In this document: one piece after another, positions 38,801 through 49,460 of the stretch
How positions within the stretch are numbered: the stretch's first letter is position 1
Layout of the letters: each line of letters starts with the position of its first letter
Origin: Dehalococcoidia bacterium
GTDB lineage: Bacteria; Chloroflexota; Dehalococcoidia; Lucifugimonadales; GCA-2717565
Reading direction: 5' to 3'
Length of the DNA: 59,758 nucleotides
Assembly (NCBI GenBank): GCA_009692865.1
Contig: SHYH01000002.1
Span: 1-59,758, forward strand
Made by a program: the position numbers and the translations under genes
The notes under the pieces: model-generated
The model's input: the letters and a program-made list of their open reading frames with translations, nothing else
The model's database searches: none
Told to the model about the DNA's origin: nothing

Positions 38801-39244
38801 ATGCACCACGAAGCTAGAGGGCACGGGCTCGCCGATCTGCACCAGGAGGTCGCGGAAGAGTTGGCGGTCCTCGGCCTTGCGAATGGAGTCCAGGGGAGTC
38901 CCCAGGAGGCGGACTCCGTAGCGGTCCAGCACCCCCGCCTCGGCCAGCTCCACCGCCAGGTTCAGGCCCGTCTGCCCGCCCAGGGTGGCCAGGAGACCGT
39001 CGGGGCGCTCCCGCTGGATGATGCGGGCGATGGCCTCCACCGTGAGGGGCTCGATGTAGACGATGTCGGCGATGCCCTCGTCGGTCATGATGGTGGCGGG
39101 GTTGGAGTTGACCAAGACGGTGGTGACCCCCTCCTCGCGCAGGGAGCGGCAGGCCTGGGAGCCGGAGTAGTCGAACTCCGCCGCCTGGCCGATGACAATG
39201 GGCCCCGAGCCGATGATGAGTACCTTAGAGGGTTTGGTGGGCAT
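35897..39244 (-). CDS. carB: carbamoyl-phosphate synthase large subunit
   Basis: [31 protein letters not shown]..., duplicated ATP-grasp halves, MGS-like C-terminus. The ATG at 39244 follows GGGGAGG, which lies inside the upstream inserted ORF. Confidence 0.96.
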   Translation of the reverse strand: MPTKPSKVLIIGSGPIVIGQAAEFDYSGSQACRSLREEGVTTVLVNSNPATIMTDEGIADIVYIEPLTVEAIARIIQRERPDGLLATLGGQTGLNLAVELAEAGVLDRYGVRLLGTPLDSIRKAEDRQLFRDLLVQIGEPVPSSFVVHSVEEARKAVQEVGLPLVVRPSYTLGGTGGGMARTWQELEAIVRLGLAASPIHQLLLERSLEGWKELEYEVMRDAADNCITVCNMENLDPMGVHTGDSIVVAPSQTLTDKEYQMLRSASLRIIRALGIEGGCNVQFALPPSPEVALGMAYKGPWERPYYVIEVNPRVSRSSALASKATGYPIARVAAKIAVGKRLDEIPNAVTRQTLAAFEPALDYCVVKIPRWPFDKFATGDRRIGTQMKATGEVMAIERSFEAALQKALRSLEFEGRSLLWEDPSWKEARKDALERLPLYPNDLRLWAIAAGLRRGASPEDLSRVTGIDSWFTRAIGRIVQMEHRLRSAPLNAPLVKDAKRQGFSDEQLAALTGRGPQEVRELRKTWGVKPVYKMVDTCAAEFEAATPYFYSTYEQENEAEPLPGPKAVVLGSGPIRIGQGIEFDYCSVHAAWALQEEGVASIMVNSNPETVSTDFDTTDRLYFEPLDTESVLDILDNEALTVEGQVVYPPSVVQFGGQTAINLSQALAQAGMPILGSTAESIDIASDRRRFEGFLGRLGIPRPPGSAVTSIEEALSVAQHLGYPLLVRPSYVLGGRAMEIVENPTELVSYLRMALSAGPGRNVLIDKYLEGREVEVDAVCDGETVVIPGIMEHVERAGVHSGDSMAIYPGLTLTEEEVSTLVDYTLRIGRALGVKGLMNVQYVIMGGDPYRSPTAPAEHRGPSTVYVLEVNPRASRTVPFISKVTGVPVVHLATQVMLGKTLHELGYASGLCKTQKLVAIKAPVFSMSKLTGVDTYLGPEMKSTGEVMGIDYSFSAALAKALLAAGLSLPAKGAVLLTIADRDKAESVPLLRSLAESDFTLYATRGTGQLVQALGYPATIIYKKLEEGHPNALDVVMDGTVDAVINTVAGERGPLRDGFEIRRAAAERRIPCFTSLDTARAAVESLAHGANSYSIRPLREYLQGEGVTPDAQQKR

Positions 39245-39245
39245 G

Positions 39246-39719
39246 CTAACTGCCTCCCCGTCTTCTTGCCCGTGGACGACGAGTTTGAGGCCGAATGATC
39301 CGCACATTTAATTCAGACATGCTCTTGAACTCCACTCTGTACGGTTTGCCAGCAAGGTCAGTTCGACTATTCCAATGCTGAAGGAGAGTTGTGACAGATT
39401 CTTGGGCAGACTGGGCCACTAGCCGGCCAAAGCGTGGTGATTCCCCGTCATGACCTAGGCCGTCCCAATACATGATTAGCTGGTAGAAATCCTGGGGTGC
39501 GGCGCTTTCGTCTTTTGCTTCATAGACGTCCAGCCAAGCTCTGTCCGGTCCCGCGTGAACAATATCTGCTCGTACGCCCGCTCCTCTCCAGACCGAATAG
39601 TTAATCTGTGCCCGTGAATTCGCCACTACACTTTCCAGGGTTTGCTTCCAAGCCTCTTTTATCTCCGCCTCCTCGCGGCCAGAGTGATACTCGCTTTCCC
39701 ATAGCTTACCCCCTAACAC
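39246..39719 (-). CDS. hypothetical 157-aa protein with a PD-(D/E)XK / VRR-NUC-like motif pattern, embedded between carA and carB
   Basis: [41 protein letters not shown] fits D...(D/E)-x-K...QxxxY. Its GTG start overlaps the last 14 nt of carA. Its TAG stop is 1 nt before the carB ATG (TAGcATG). GC is 28/60 and 30/60 in 39301-39420 versus 42/60 in a carB line. Confidence 0.5.
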   Translation of the reverse strand: MLGGKLWESEYHSGREEAEIKEAWKQTLESVVANSRAQINYSVWRGAGVRADIVHAGPDRAWLDVYEAKDESAAPQDFYQLIMYWDGLGHDGESPRFGRLVAQSAQESVTTLLQHWNSRTDLAGKPYRVEFKSMSELNVRIIRPQTRRPRARRRGGS

Positions 39720-40839
39720 CTTTCACCATCGCCAGGAACCGGTCGAACATCTCCTCGTTATCCCTGGGGCCAGGCGAGGCCTCCGAGTGGTACTGGATGG
39801 TGAGGATGGGCAACTCGCGGTGGCGCAGCCCCTCCACGGTGCCGTCGTTCAAGTTGATGTGGCTCACCTCCAGGGACGGCGGCAGGCTGTCCGCGTCCAC
39901 AGCGTAGCCGTGGTTCTGGGCGGTGATGCTGACCTTGCCCGTGGCCGCCTCTCGCACCGGATGGTTCCCCCCCCGGTGGCCGAACTTGAGCTTGAAGGTC
40001 GCGCCCCCAAAGGCCCGCGCCACGACCTGGTGGCCCAGGCAGATGCCCAGGACCGGCAGCCGCTCGGCCAGGGCCCGGGCGTTGCGCACCACGTCGTCCA
40101 GGAGAGCGGGGTCGCCCGGACCTGGGGAGAGGACAACACCGTTAGGCTTGAGGGCCAGCACCTCCTCGGCGCTCGTGAAGGAGGGCACGGCCAGGGCCTC
40201 CCAACCGCGCTGGCGCAACAGCCTCAGGATGTTGTACTTCACGCCGTAGTCCATGACCACGATGCGCCCCTTGGGTGACTGCCCCTGGCCCTGCTGCTCC
40301 CACAGGTAGGGCGCTTTGGTGGAAACCTGGGAGACGAAGTCCACCCCCCCGTAGCCTGGATGAGCGCGCAGGAGCCTCAGCGCCTCTTCAGGAGACCCCT
40401 GAGAGGAGATGACCCCCATCATGACGCCCCGGGTCCGCAGGCGGCGGGTGATGGCCCGCGTGTCCACCCCCGCGAGGCCCGGGATACCCTGAGCGGCCAG
40501 GTAGTCGTGAAGGGTCTGGGTGCTGGAGGCGTGGCTGGGCTCGCGGCACTCCTCCCGCACCACGAAGCCCGCCACTTGGATGCGGCGGGACTCCACGTCC
40601 TCGGCGTTGATGCCGTAGTTGCCAATGAGGGGGTACGTAGGCACTACGATCTGCCCGGCGTAGGAGGGGTCCGTCAGCATCTCCTGGTAGCCGGTCATAC
40701 TGGTGTTGAACACCACCTCGCCCACGGCGGAGGCCTCCGCGCCGAAGGCCTCCCCCTGGTAGACCGTCCCGTCCTCTAAGGCCAGGTACGCTGGCTTCCC
40801 CACAACCCCTCCTAGTGCCCCGCCCCTGTAATTCGCCAA
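39706..40839 (-). CDS. carA: carbamoyl-phosphate synthase small (glutaminase) subunit
   Basis: AYLALEDGTVYQGEAFGA..., catalytic GICLGHQ. The start is uncertain: the tracked TTG at 40839, or the GTG at 40803 behind AGGAGGG. Confidence 0.92.
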   Translation of the reverse strand: MANYRGGALGGVVGKPAYLALEDGTVYQGEAFGAEASAVGEVVFNTSMTGYQEMLTDPSYAGQIVVPTYPLIGNYGINAEDVESRRIQVAGFVVREECREPSHASSTQTLHDYLAAQGIPGLAGVDTRAITRRLRTRGVMMGVISSQGSPEEALRLLRAHPGYGGVDFVSQVSTKAPYLWEQQGQGQSPKGRIVVMDYGVKYNILRLLRQRGWEALAVPSFTSAEEVLALKPNGVVLSPGPGDPALLDDVVRNARALAERLPVLGICLGHQVVARAFGGATFKLKFGHRGGNHPVREAATGKVSITAQNHGYAVDADSLPPSLEVSHINLNDGTVEGLRHRELPILTIQYHSEASPGPRDNEEMFDRFLAMVKGVRG

Positions 40840-40857
40840 GGAAACTCACCCCGGACT

Positions 40858-40970
40858 GTCATTGCGAGCCCCGATGTCGCATCGGAGCGTGGCAATCTGG
40901 GGTGGCGGCGCTCTGCTCTCCCCACCAGATTGCTTCGTCGTCCCGACAAGTCGGGACTCCTCGCAATGAC
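40858..40970. repeat. nested-palindrome repeat (family C, GTCATTGCGAG...CTCGCAATGAC type)
   Basis: Outer inverted repeat GTCATTGCGAG/CTCGCAATGAC. It encloses CCGATGtcgCATCGG, GCAATCTGGGGTGG...CCCCACCAGATTGC and TCCCGACaagTCGGGA. Confidence 0.75.
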
Positions 40971-40996
40971 AATTTGGGTCCTTATATCATCCCCTC

Positions 40997-42376
40997 CTAG
41001 TGCCCGCTCGTCATCGCAAGTTCATTGTGGACAAAAGCGCCACCAAAGAGGGTGGCCACCACCTTGCCCTTCAGCGTTGCGCCAGCCAGCGGCGTGTTGC
41101 GCCCCTTGGAGGCAAAGGCAGCGACGTCCACCACCCACTCCCGGTCCGGGTCAATAACCACCACATCCGCGGGCGACCCCTCCTTGAGCGTGCCCAGGGG
41201 CAGTCCCAGGATAGCCGCAGGGGCCGCCGTGAGACGGTTTATCAAGGTGGGAAGGTCCAGCGCCTCCTGTTGCACCAGGCCCATCAGCAGGCCCAGGGCC
41301 GTCTCCAGGCCGCTGATGCCGAAGGCCGCCTCGTCGTAGGTGCACAGCTTGTCCAGCAGCGTATGCGGGGCGTGGTCCGTGGCGATGGCGTCCACCACCC
41401 CCTCTTTCAAGGCACGACGGAGCGCCTGGACATCCCCTTGCGCTCGCAACGGTGGGTTCACCTTGGTAGTCGTGTCGTAGGGGAAGGCCGCGGGAGCGCG
41501 GAGCCCCTCATCCCGATATCCCAGGACCCACTCGTCCGTGAACATCAGGTGGTGCGGAGTGACCTCGGCCGTGACGGGAAGGCCCCGTGCTTTCGCCCGC
41601 CTCAGCAGTTCCACCGAGCCCGCCGTGCTCACGTGGGCCAGGTGCAGGCGACCGCCCGTGAGCGCCGCCAGGGCGATGTCCCGGGCCACCATCACCTCCT
41701 CGGCCGCGGCTGGCGCGCCGCGCAGCCCCAGGCGGCTGGCCACCCACCCCTCGTTGACCACGCCCTCACGGGTGATGGCCTTGTCCTGGCAGTGATTGAT
41801 AATGGGCAGGCCCGTCAGCCGGCTGTAGCTGAAGGCCTGGCGCATGAGGTGAGCGTCCGCGACGGGGTCGCCGTCGTCGCTGAAGGCCACCACGCCGGCT
41901 TTTGCCAGGTCCGCCATGTCGGCCAGCTGGACGCCGCTGCGCCCCCGCGTCACGCACCCGATGGGAAGGACCCGCACCACCCCCTGCTGCCTGGCCCGCT
42001 CCAGCACAAAGGCCACCGCGGCGGCGGTGTCCAGGGGCGGGTCCGTGTTGGGCATGCAGCACACGGTGGTGAAGCCCCCCCAAGCGGCGGCCCTAGTGCC
42101 TGTGGCGATGGTTTCCTTCGCCTCGTATCCCGGCTCCCGCAGGTGGCAGTGCAGGTCCACAAAACCCGGCGCCACCACGAGCCCGCGCACGTCTATTACC
42201 TGGCAACCTGAGGGCAACTCTCCCCTCCACGCTCCCCGCGCAGCGCGCCGCACGCGCCCCTCCTGGACCAGCACGTCGCCCACGACGTCCAACCCCTGGG
42301 ACGGGTCGAGTATCCGCCCACCCCGAAGGAGAAGGGCATGGGGTCGCTCTTCTGTTGTCATCAGCGCCTGCACCAT
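40997..42376 (-). CDS. pyrC: dihydroorotase
   Basis: LLLRGGRILDP..., VAPGFVDLHCHLREPG, ATDHAPH. The start is uncertain. The ATG at 42376 has AGAGG 9 nt upstream, the ATG at 42361 is also possible, and the tracked start at 42418 lies inside a repeat. Confidence 0.88.
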   Translation of the reverse strand: MVQALMTTEERPHALLLRGGRILDPSQGLDVVGDVLVQEGRVRRAARGAWRGELPSGCQVIDVRGLVVAPGFVDLHCHLREPGYEAKETIATGTRAAAWGGFTTVCCMPNTDPPLDTAAAVAFVLERARQQGVVRVLPIGCVTRGRSGVQLADMADLAKAGVVAFSDDGDPVADAHLMRQAFSYSRLTGLPIINHCQDKAITREGVVNEGWVASRLGLRGAPAAAEEVMVARDIALAALTGGRLHLAHVSTAGSVELLRRAKARGLPVTAEVTPHHLMFTDEWVLGYRDEGLRAPAAFPYDTTTKVNPPLRAQGDVQALRRALKEGVVDAIATDHAPHTLLDKLCTYDEAAFGISGLETALGLLMGLVQQEALDLPTLINRLTAAPAAILGLPLGTLKEGSPADVVVIDPDREWVVDVAAFASKGRNTPLAGATLKGKVVATLFGGAFVHNELAMTSGH

Positions 42377-42410
42377 GGGTTGCATCCTCTGTCCAGCGAT
42401 CGCCCCAAGC

Positions 42411-42479
42411 CCGCTCACCCTGAGCGTGTCGAAGGGTGAGTCTCGACAAGTCGGGATTCGACAAGCTCACCATGAGCGG
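42411..42479. repeat. nested-palindrome repeat (family D)
   Basis: CCGCTCA[CCCTGAGCGTGTCGAAGGGTGAG...TCGACAAGCTCACCA]TGAGCGG, with inner hairpin CTCACCC-tgagcgtgtcgaa-GGGTGAG and TCGACAAGTCGGGATTCGACAAG. Confidence 0.65.
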
Positions 42480-42520
42480 CTTCCCATACCGCGCATTTCG
42501 CAAGGAAGAGCGGGCCTGCC

Positions 42521-44212
<1,692 letters not shown>

Positions 44213-44375
44213 ACCCTGACCGTATGCTGTTATCCTAAGCGCTACTGTACCATGCTCTCCCCACCAGTGCAAGTGGGGTGGGGACGCGCCGCCGTTAAAG
44301 ACCGAGGACCCCGCTTCTCAGCTCGACTGAGCTGAAGGAAGGGCCCATCGTTTTCGGCGCCCTATTTGGTTCCTG

Positions 44376-44489
44376 CTAGTACGGGGTCGTCGGCTTTGGC
44401 TGCCCCGCCAACTCTCTCCGTGCTCCAGAATTGACGGGGACCGTAAGGGGGAAATACCACACATGGCAGAGCTCGTACAGCCGCACCAT
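44376..44489 (-). CDS. candidate small ORF (37 aa; 44 aa from the upstream in-frame ATG at 44510) in the pyr leader
   Basis: GGGAAAGGAGGGG-aat-ATG GTG CGG... encodes MVRLYELCHVWYFPLTVPVNSGARRELAGQPKPTTPY*. It lies about 40 nt downstream of a strong promoter and is below the ORF-track size cutoff. Confidence 0.25.
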   Translation of the reverse strand: MVRLYELCHVWYFPLTVPVNSGARRELAGQPKPTTPY

Positions 44490-44534
44490 ATTCCCCTCCT
44501 TTCCCATCATCTCTATGGGTTCACCCTCACGTCT

Positions 44535-44563
44535 ATCGTATCACAATCCAAGCTGATTGTCAA
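44535..44563 (-). promoter_or_regulatory. sigma70-type promoter of the pyr operon leader
   Basis: Minus strand TTGACA-17 nt-TACGAT with TG one base upstream of the -10 (TGaTACGAT). Confidence 0.5.
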
Positions 44564-44566
44564 GGA

Positions 44567-45814
44567 CTACCTGTTCACGGCCTGGCGTTGGCGCAGCAGG
44601 GCCTGGAACTCCTCGTAGCTGTACACCCCCGCCACAGCCCGAACAAAGGACCCCACCGAAGGGAAGGTGGCCCGAAGCTCCTCTAGCTCGTTTCCCGCAG
44701 GGCTCACGCTGGCCGGGCTGTCGCCGTAGGAGCCGTGAAAGGCAAAGTAGGCCTGGTTCAGCTTACGAATGTACACACCGTTCGCCAGGAAGAACCGGCG
44801 CCGCTCTTCCATAAACGTCTCGGCCTCCGCCACCTTCCCCTTGGCCAGCAACCGGTCCGCTTGCAGACGAGTCTCCCGCATCTCCCGCTCGAAAACGAAG
44901 CCCTGGGGAGCCTCCTCGACCCCCTCTTGGCGAGGGGGGGCCTTAGGAGGTAGGGTGCCGCCCAGACGCTCGTACACCAGGTCCCCCAGCTCTCGTCCCG
45001 CCACGTCGGCCACCGTCTCGTTCAAGGTGAGGAGAGTGTTGTTCTCCCCATAGCTACGGCCCAAAGGCTTGAAGAACAGGTAGTGGTGCAACCACTCGTG
45101 GGCAACGACGTGAAGCGTGGTACGAAGGTCGTAGGTGGCGGGGACCGCAGCCGGATAGGTGGAGAGGCCGCCGGTGCCCTCCACCAAGGCCGAAAGGTTT
45201 TGAGAGGCGAGAATCTGGCCCTCCAAACCCTCCATCTCCTTCACGATCATGGTAGGCCGCAGGAGCACCTGGAGGTCCAGGCGCTCGATGCGCTCCCTGG
45301 GCGACATGATGAGGAGCAAGGGCGGCGTGTCGAAGCGGAAGTCCACAGGGGGAAAGAGTAACGAGACACCCCAGACCTCTGGAAAAATGCCCTCCCGGCG
45401 GAGAACACCGCTCACCTCCCTCTCCAACGCCTCTTCCACAGCAGGACGAAGCCTGGCCCGGCCCCGGTGCGCTCGAGCCAGGGTCGCCTCCACCTCCTGA
45501 AGCCCAGGCCCGTCAGTCTGCTGACCCCCCGCTGCCAGGAGGAGGCGTTGGCCCAACAGGGCACGCTCCTCATTCCCCAGCCGGAAGAACTCCTCCACCT
45601 GCTTCAAGCCCTGGTCGCGAGTCGGGTAATGGCCCAGGACCCGCTCCTGCCCCAGGAGCCACCACTTGCCGAAGAGGTTGGCCACCTCCCACCCGACCAG
45701 ATCCCACCGGTAGGGAAAGACAGCCTGCTGGACCGGTGAGAGGTTCAGAGATGCCCGAGGCGCCAGGAAGGCAACGGCCACCAGCAGGAGGAGCAGGAGA
45801 AGTCGTTTTCTCAT
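44567..45814 (-). CDS. membrane-anchored/secreted putative zinc metallopeptidase (HExxH)
   Basis: N-terminal MRKRLLLLLLLVAVAFLAPRA signal/anchor. The only recognisable motif is VVAHEWLHHY (HExxH). The family is not recognised. Confidence 0.55.
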   Translation of the reverse strand: MRKRLLLLLLLVAVAFLAPRASLNLSPVQQAVFPYRWDLVGWEVANLFGKWWLLGQERVLGHYPTRDQGLKQVEEFFRLGNEERALLGQRLLLAAGGQQTDGPGLQEVEATLARAHRGRARLRPAVEEALEREVSGVLRREGIFPEVWGVSLLFPPVDFRFDTPPLLLIMSPRERIERLDLQVLLRPTMIVKEMEGLEGQILASQNLSALVEGTGGLSTYPAAVPATYDLRTTLHVVAHEWLHHYLFFKPLGRSYGENNTLLTLNETVADVAGRELGDLVYERLGGTLPPKAPPRQEGVEEAPQGFVFEREMRETRLQADRLLAKGKVAEAETFMEERRRFFLANGVYIRKLNQAYFAFHGSYGDSPASVSPAGNELEELRATFPSVGSFVRAVAGVYSYEEFQALLRQRQAVNR

Positions 45815-45939
45815 TGGGGGCGTTGTTCACGTATGCGACGGGTCAGGGGCTAGAAGAAGCCCACGCCCGCTGGAGGAAGGGAGTGCTTCTGGGTCGCAGG
45901 GTAGCACAGCGGCCCTCCCGTGGGGAGATCGCTCTGCCC

Positions 45940-45968
45940 TTGACCTTTCCCCTGTCTCATGATACGAT
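45940..45968 (+). promoter_or_regulatory. sigma70-type promoter of the pantothenate operon leader
   Basis: TTGACC (45940-45945), 17 nt, TACGAT (45963-45968), again with the TGaTACGAT extended -10. Confidence 0.5.
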
Positions 45969-46094
45969 TGGGTCACTGCCCACCGGTCAGGGGGCAAGTT
46001 TTGGGTTGCGCATCAACTTACCTGGAGCCGCGGGGATCGACCATGACCGCGACGGCACAAATGGTAGGCAGTTCTTCCGGGCGTGTTCTTGAGG

Positions 46095-46127
46095 CCTTCC
46101 TGCAAGAAAGCGGGAAGGTCTTTTTTT
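46095..46127 (+). terminator. intrinsic terminator inside the pan operon leader, 16 nt before the dmpA-like ATG
   Basis: CCTTCCTGC-aagaaa-GCGGGAAGG followed by TC TTTTTTT (46121-46127). Confidence 0.65.
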
Positions 46128-46142
46128 GTGAGGCATAGCGCC

Positions 46143-47120
46143 ATGCATGATAGCATTACAGATGTGCCCGGTGTTCGGGTCGGGCACTGGACGAACCTGG
46201 AGGCCGCGACGGGCTGCACGGTAGTCCTCTGCCCCCAGGGGGCGGTGGGCGGCGTGGACGTGCGCGGCTCCGCCCCCGGCACCCGGGAGACGGACCTCCT
46301 GAGGCCGGGAAACCTGGTGCAACAGGCCCACGCCGTTCTCCTGAGCGGGGGAAGCGCCTTTGGCCTGGACGCCGCCTCCGGGGTGATGCGGTACCTGGAG
46401 GAGCGTGGCTTCGGCTTCAAGGTAGGCTCTGCCGTGGTGCCCATTGTGCCCGCCGCCATCCTCTTCGACCTGGGGGTGGCCACCCCCGGCGTCCGCCCAG
46501 GGCCTCAGGAGGGATACCAGGCGTGCCTCAACGCCTCCGACGGCCCGGTGGCCCAGGGAAGCGTAGGGGCAGGCACCGGCGCCACGGTGGGCAAGGCTCT
46601 GGGAAGCGGCCAGGCCACCAAGGGAGGCGTTGGCTCCGCAAGCCTGGACCTGGGAGGCGGAATTATCGTGGGGGCCATCGTGGCCGTCAACGCCTTCGGC
46701 AGCGTGGTGGACCCCAAGACTAGCCGAGTGATCGCAGGGCCACGGAGGCAAGACGATGCCGGCTTCCTGGACACAATAGAGCTTCTGATCACCGACCAGG
46801 CGAGGCGAGCGACCCCTCCCCTCACCAACACCACCCTTGGTGTGGTGGCCACCAGCGCCACCCTGACCAAGGAGCAGGCCAACAAAATGGCGTCCATCGC
46901 CCACGACGGGTTTGCCCTGGCCATCCGGCCTGTCCACATGATGGAGGATGGGGACGTGGTCTTTGCCCTGGCAACGGGCGCCAGCCAGACAACGCCGGCC
47001 CCCTTCCAGCGCATCCTGGCCGCTACGATCGTCGTGGTGGCCCAGGCCATCGTCAACGCCGTGGAGCACGCCCAGGGGCTCAAAGGAGTCCCCAGCGCCC
47101 GCGAGGTGGTCAAGGTATGA
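46143..47120 (+). CDS. P1 (DmpA/S58) family aminopeptidase
   Basis: ITDVPGVRVGHWTNLEAATGCTVVL..., NTTLGVVATSATLTKEQANKMA..., HMMEDGDVVFALATG. The ATG at 46143 follows GTGAGG. The tracked start at 46083 would span the terminator. Confidence 0.8.
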   Translation: MHDSITDVPGVRVGHWTNLEAATGCTVVLCPQGAVGGVDVRGSAPGTRETDLLRPGNLVQQAHAVLLSGGSAFGLDAASGVMRYLEERGFGFKVGSAVVPIVPAAILFDLGVATPGVRPGPQEGYQACLNASDGPVAQGSVGAGTGATVGKALGSGQATKGGVGSASLDLGGGIIVGAIVAVNAFGSVVDPKTSRVIAGPRRQDDAGFLDTIELLITDQARRATPPLTNTTLGVVATSATLTKEQANKMASIAHDGFALAIRPVHMMEDGDVVFALATGASQTTPAPFQRILAATIVVVAQAIVNAVEHAQGLKGVPSAREVVKV

Positions 47121-48019
47121 AGGGGCGAGAGTTCCAGACCATCGGCTTCATTGGAGCGGGCACCTTGGGCACTGCCCTGGCCGTGAGCCTTGCCCGTCGG
47201 GGCCATCGGGTGGCAGCCGTGGCCAGCCGCACCTACGCCTCATCTCAACGGCTGGCGGCGAGGGCGCCCGGATGTCAACCGCACTCCTCTCTTCAGGAGG
47301 TGGTGGACGCCTGCGACCTGGTCCTCCTCACGGTGCCCGATGACGCCATTACCCCGGTGACGGAGTCTCTCACCTGGCGCTCTGGTCAAGCGGCGGTGCA
47401 CTGCTCAGGGGCCAAGCCCCTGGAGGTCCTGGAGGCCGCCCGTGATCAGGGCGCCCTGGTGGGGAGCTTCCACCCCCTCCAGACCTTCAGCACCGTAGAC
47501 CAGGCCCTGGAGAGCCTGGCCGGCAGCGTCTTCGCCCTGGAAGGGGAGCCACCCCTTCTGGAGCACCTGAAAGAGTTGGTGCAAGCCCTGGGTGGAAGGC
47601 CCCTGGTGCTTCCTCCCGGCAGCAGGACCCTCTACCACGCCTCTGCGGTGATGGTGTGCGGGTACCTGGTGGCCCTGGCAGACCGGGCGTCAGGGCTCTG
47701 GGAGACCTTCGGGCTAAACCGGCGCCAGGCCCTGGAGGCCCTGCTGCCCCTCATGGAGGGCACCCTCCGCAGCATGGACGACAACGGCATCCCCCAGGCC
47801 GTCACCGGCCCCCTGGTGCGAGGGGACGTGGGCACCGTCCGCGCCCACCTTCAGGCCCTGGAGCGGCTGGCGCCAGAGATCCTGCCCCTTTATTGCCGTC
47901 TGGGGCTGGAAACGCTACAGTTAGCCGACGCCAAGGCCCATCTGAACAGTGAGCAACAAAGGGATATGGAGACCCTCTTCACCGCGTACCTGCGGGAGGG
48001 CTTCAAGATCCCGGCGTAA
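47117..48019 (+). CDS. Rossmann-fold + DUF2520 protein (putative NAD(P)-dependent reductase)
   Basis: [24 protein letters not shown] at the N-terminus, C-terminal [19 protein letters not shown]. 4-nt overlap with the upstream gene. Confidence 0.7.
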   Translation: MKGREFQTIGFIGAGTLGTALAVSLARRGHRVAAVASRTYASSQRLAARAPGCQPHSSLQEVVDACDLVLLTVPDDAITPVTESLTWRSGQAAVHCSGAKPLEVLEAARDQGALVGSFHPLQTFSTVDQALESLAGSVFALEGEPPLLEHLKELVQALGGRPLVLPPGSRTLYHASAVMVCGYLVALADRASGLWETFGLNRRQALEALLPLMEGTLRSMDDNGIPQAVTGPLVRGDVGTVRAHLQALERLAPEILPLYCRLGLETLQLADAKAHLNSEQQRDMETLFTAYLREGFKIPA

Positions 48020-48030
48020 GGAGAAGAAAC

Positions 48031-48393
48031 ATGCGAGAGATGATGCAGGGCAAGATCCACCGGGCGACAGTCACCGACGCCAACCTGGACTACGAGGGGA
48101 GCATCACCCTGGACCGGGACCTCATGGAGGCGGCGGACATCCTCCCCTACGAGAAGGTCCACATCCTGGACGTCAACAACGGCGCCCGCCTGGAGACCTA
48201 CGCCATCCCCGGTAAGCGGGGGAGCGGCGAGGTGTGTATCAACGGAGCGGCGGCCCACCTGGTCCACAAGGGGGACATCGTCATCGTCCTCCACTACACC
48301 GTTGTGCCCGAGGAGGAGGCCCACCACATCAAGCCTCACCTCGTGTACGTGGACAAAGAGAACCGCATTCGCCAGGCTGTGGGGGTCCACTAG
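48031..48393 (+). CDS. panD: aspartate 1-decarboxylase
   Basis: [24 protein letters not shown] (self-processing G-S site), [10 protein letters not shown]. Confidence 0.94.
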   Translation: MREMMQGKIHRATVTDANLDYEGSITLDRDLMEAADILPYEKVHILDVNNGARLETYAIPGKRGSGEVCINGAAAHLVHKGDIVIVLHYTVVPEEEAHHIKPHLVYVDKENRIRQAVGVH

Positions 48394-48425
48394 CAGGCTG
48401 CGGATTGAGGGGTGTCCCCCGTGGG
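48391..48425 (+). repeat. MITE family A remnant (left terminus only) fused to the panD stop codon
   Basis: TAGCAGGCTGCGGATTGAGGGGTGTCCCCCGTGGG. The first three bases are the panD TAG. Confidence 0.6.
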
Positions 48426-48486
48426 ATCGCCTTACACCCACAGTGGCGATGGCGAGCATTGGCCCAACGGCAAGAGACCTCACGAA

Positions 48487-48510
48487 ACGTGGGTGCAGGG
48501 CACGCCCTGC
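48487..48510 (+). repeat. repeat family B, short copy B4 (termini only), 12 nt upstream of the panB ATG
   Basis: ACGTGGGTGCAGGGCACGCCCTGC. Confidence 0.55.
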
Positions 48511-48521
48511 GAGGTGAGCGC

Positions 48522-49370
48522 ATGAGGCTGACGATCCAGGACATCAAACAGATGAAGCAGCGTGGCGACCACATCGCCATGCTGACCGCCTACGACTACA
48601 CCACCGCCAAGCTGGTGGAGGGCGCAGGTGTCCCCATCATCCTGGTGGGCGACAGCCTGGGGAACACCATGCTGGGGTACGAGTCAACCATCCCCGTCAC
48701 CATGGAGGAGATGCTCCACCATACCCGCGCAGTTGTGCGGGGGACCCAGCGAGCCCTCGTCGTGGGGGACATGCCCTTCATGTCCTTCCAGGTGGACGAC
48801 AAGGAGGCAGTGCGCAACGCGGGCCGCTTCCTCCAGGAGGGCGGCGCCCAAGCGGTGAAACTGGAAGGGGGCGGGCCCGTGCTGGCCGCCGTCCGCCGCA
48901 TGGTGGAGGTAGGCATCCCCGTCATGGGGCACCTGGGGCTCACCCCCCAGTCCATCAACCAGCTTGGGGGCTACAAGGTCCAGGGCAAGACCCCCGAGGC
49001 GGCCACTCGCATGGTGGAGGACGCCCTGGCCCTGGAGAAGGCAGGGGTCTTCTCCCTGGTCCTGGAGTGCGTCCCCACACCCCTGGCCAAGCTCATCACC
49101 GAGCGCCTCTCGGTGCCCACCATCGGCATCGGCGCGGGGCCCTTCTGCGACGGGCAGGTCCAGGTGGTCCACGACATGCTGGGGCTGTTCACCGACTTCA
49201 CTCCCAAGCACGCCAAGCGGTACGCCGAGCTGGGGGAGGCCATCAAGCAGGCGGTGGCGGCTTACGTGAGAGAGGTGTCTGAGGGGAGCTTCCCCACGGA
49301 CAAGCAGAGCTACAGCATGGACGAGAGCCTGCTGGAGGCCCTGTACGGGGCGCCTACCCAAAAGCGCTAG
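48522..49370 (+). CDS. panB: 3-methyl-2-oxobutanoate hydroxymethyltransferase
   Basis: [31 protein letters not shown]..., [14 protein letters not shown]. The ATG at 48522 follows GAGGTGAG. Confidence 0.94.
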   Translation: MRLTIQDIKQMKQRGDHIAMLTAYDYTTAKLVEGAGVPIILVGDSLGNTMLGYESTIPVTMEEMLHHTRAVVRGTQRALVVGDMPFMSFQVDDKEAVRNAGRFLQEGGAQAVKLEGGGPVLAAVRRMVEVGIPVMGHLGLTPQSINQLGGYKVQGKTPEAATRMVEDALALEKAGVFSLVLECVPTPLAKLITERLSVPTIGIGAGPFCDGQVQVVHDMLGLFTDFTPKHAKRYAELGEAIKQAVAAYVREVSEGSFPTDKQSYSMDESLLEALYGAPTQKR

Positions 49371-49460
49371 GTTATCCCCAGAAGGTGCATCGCCAAGCCC
49401 GCCCGTTCCCATCGCGAAAGGACCTGCGGGCCTTTTCATTCCCCGTGACGGAGGGCCCCC

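Noticed and set aside
35882-39298. 1138-aa plus-strand ORF covering all of carB. Similar long antisense ORFs occur at 48684-50351, 11811-13010, 8289-9551, 58233-59429, 4235-5590, 45987-47069, 41000-42211, 6568-7773 and 27163-27714.
   Set aside because: They are mirror-frame ORFs opposite genes with unmistakable homology (carB, panB/panC, ilvC, leuC, cimA, ftsZ and so on). Their products are Gly/Arg/His/Pro/Leu-rich low-complexity sequence, which is typical of stop-poor antisense frames in high-GC DNA.
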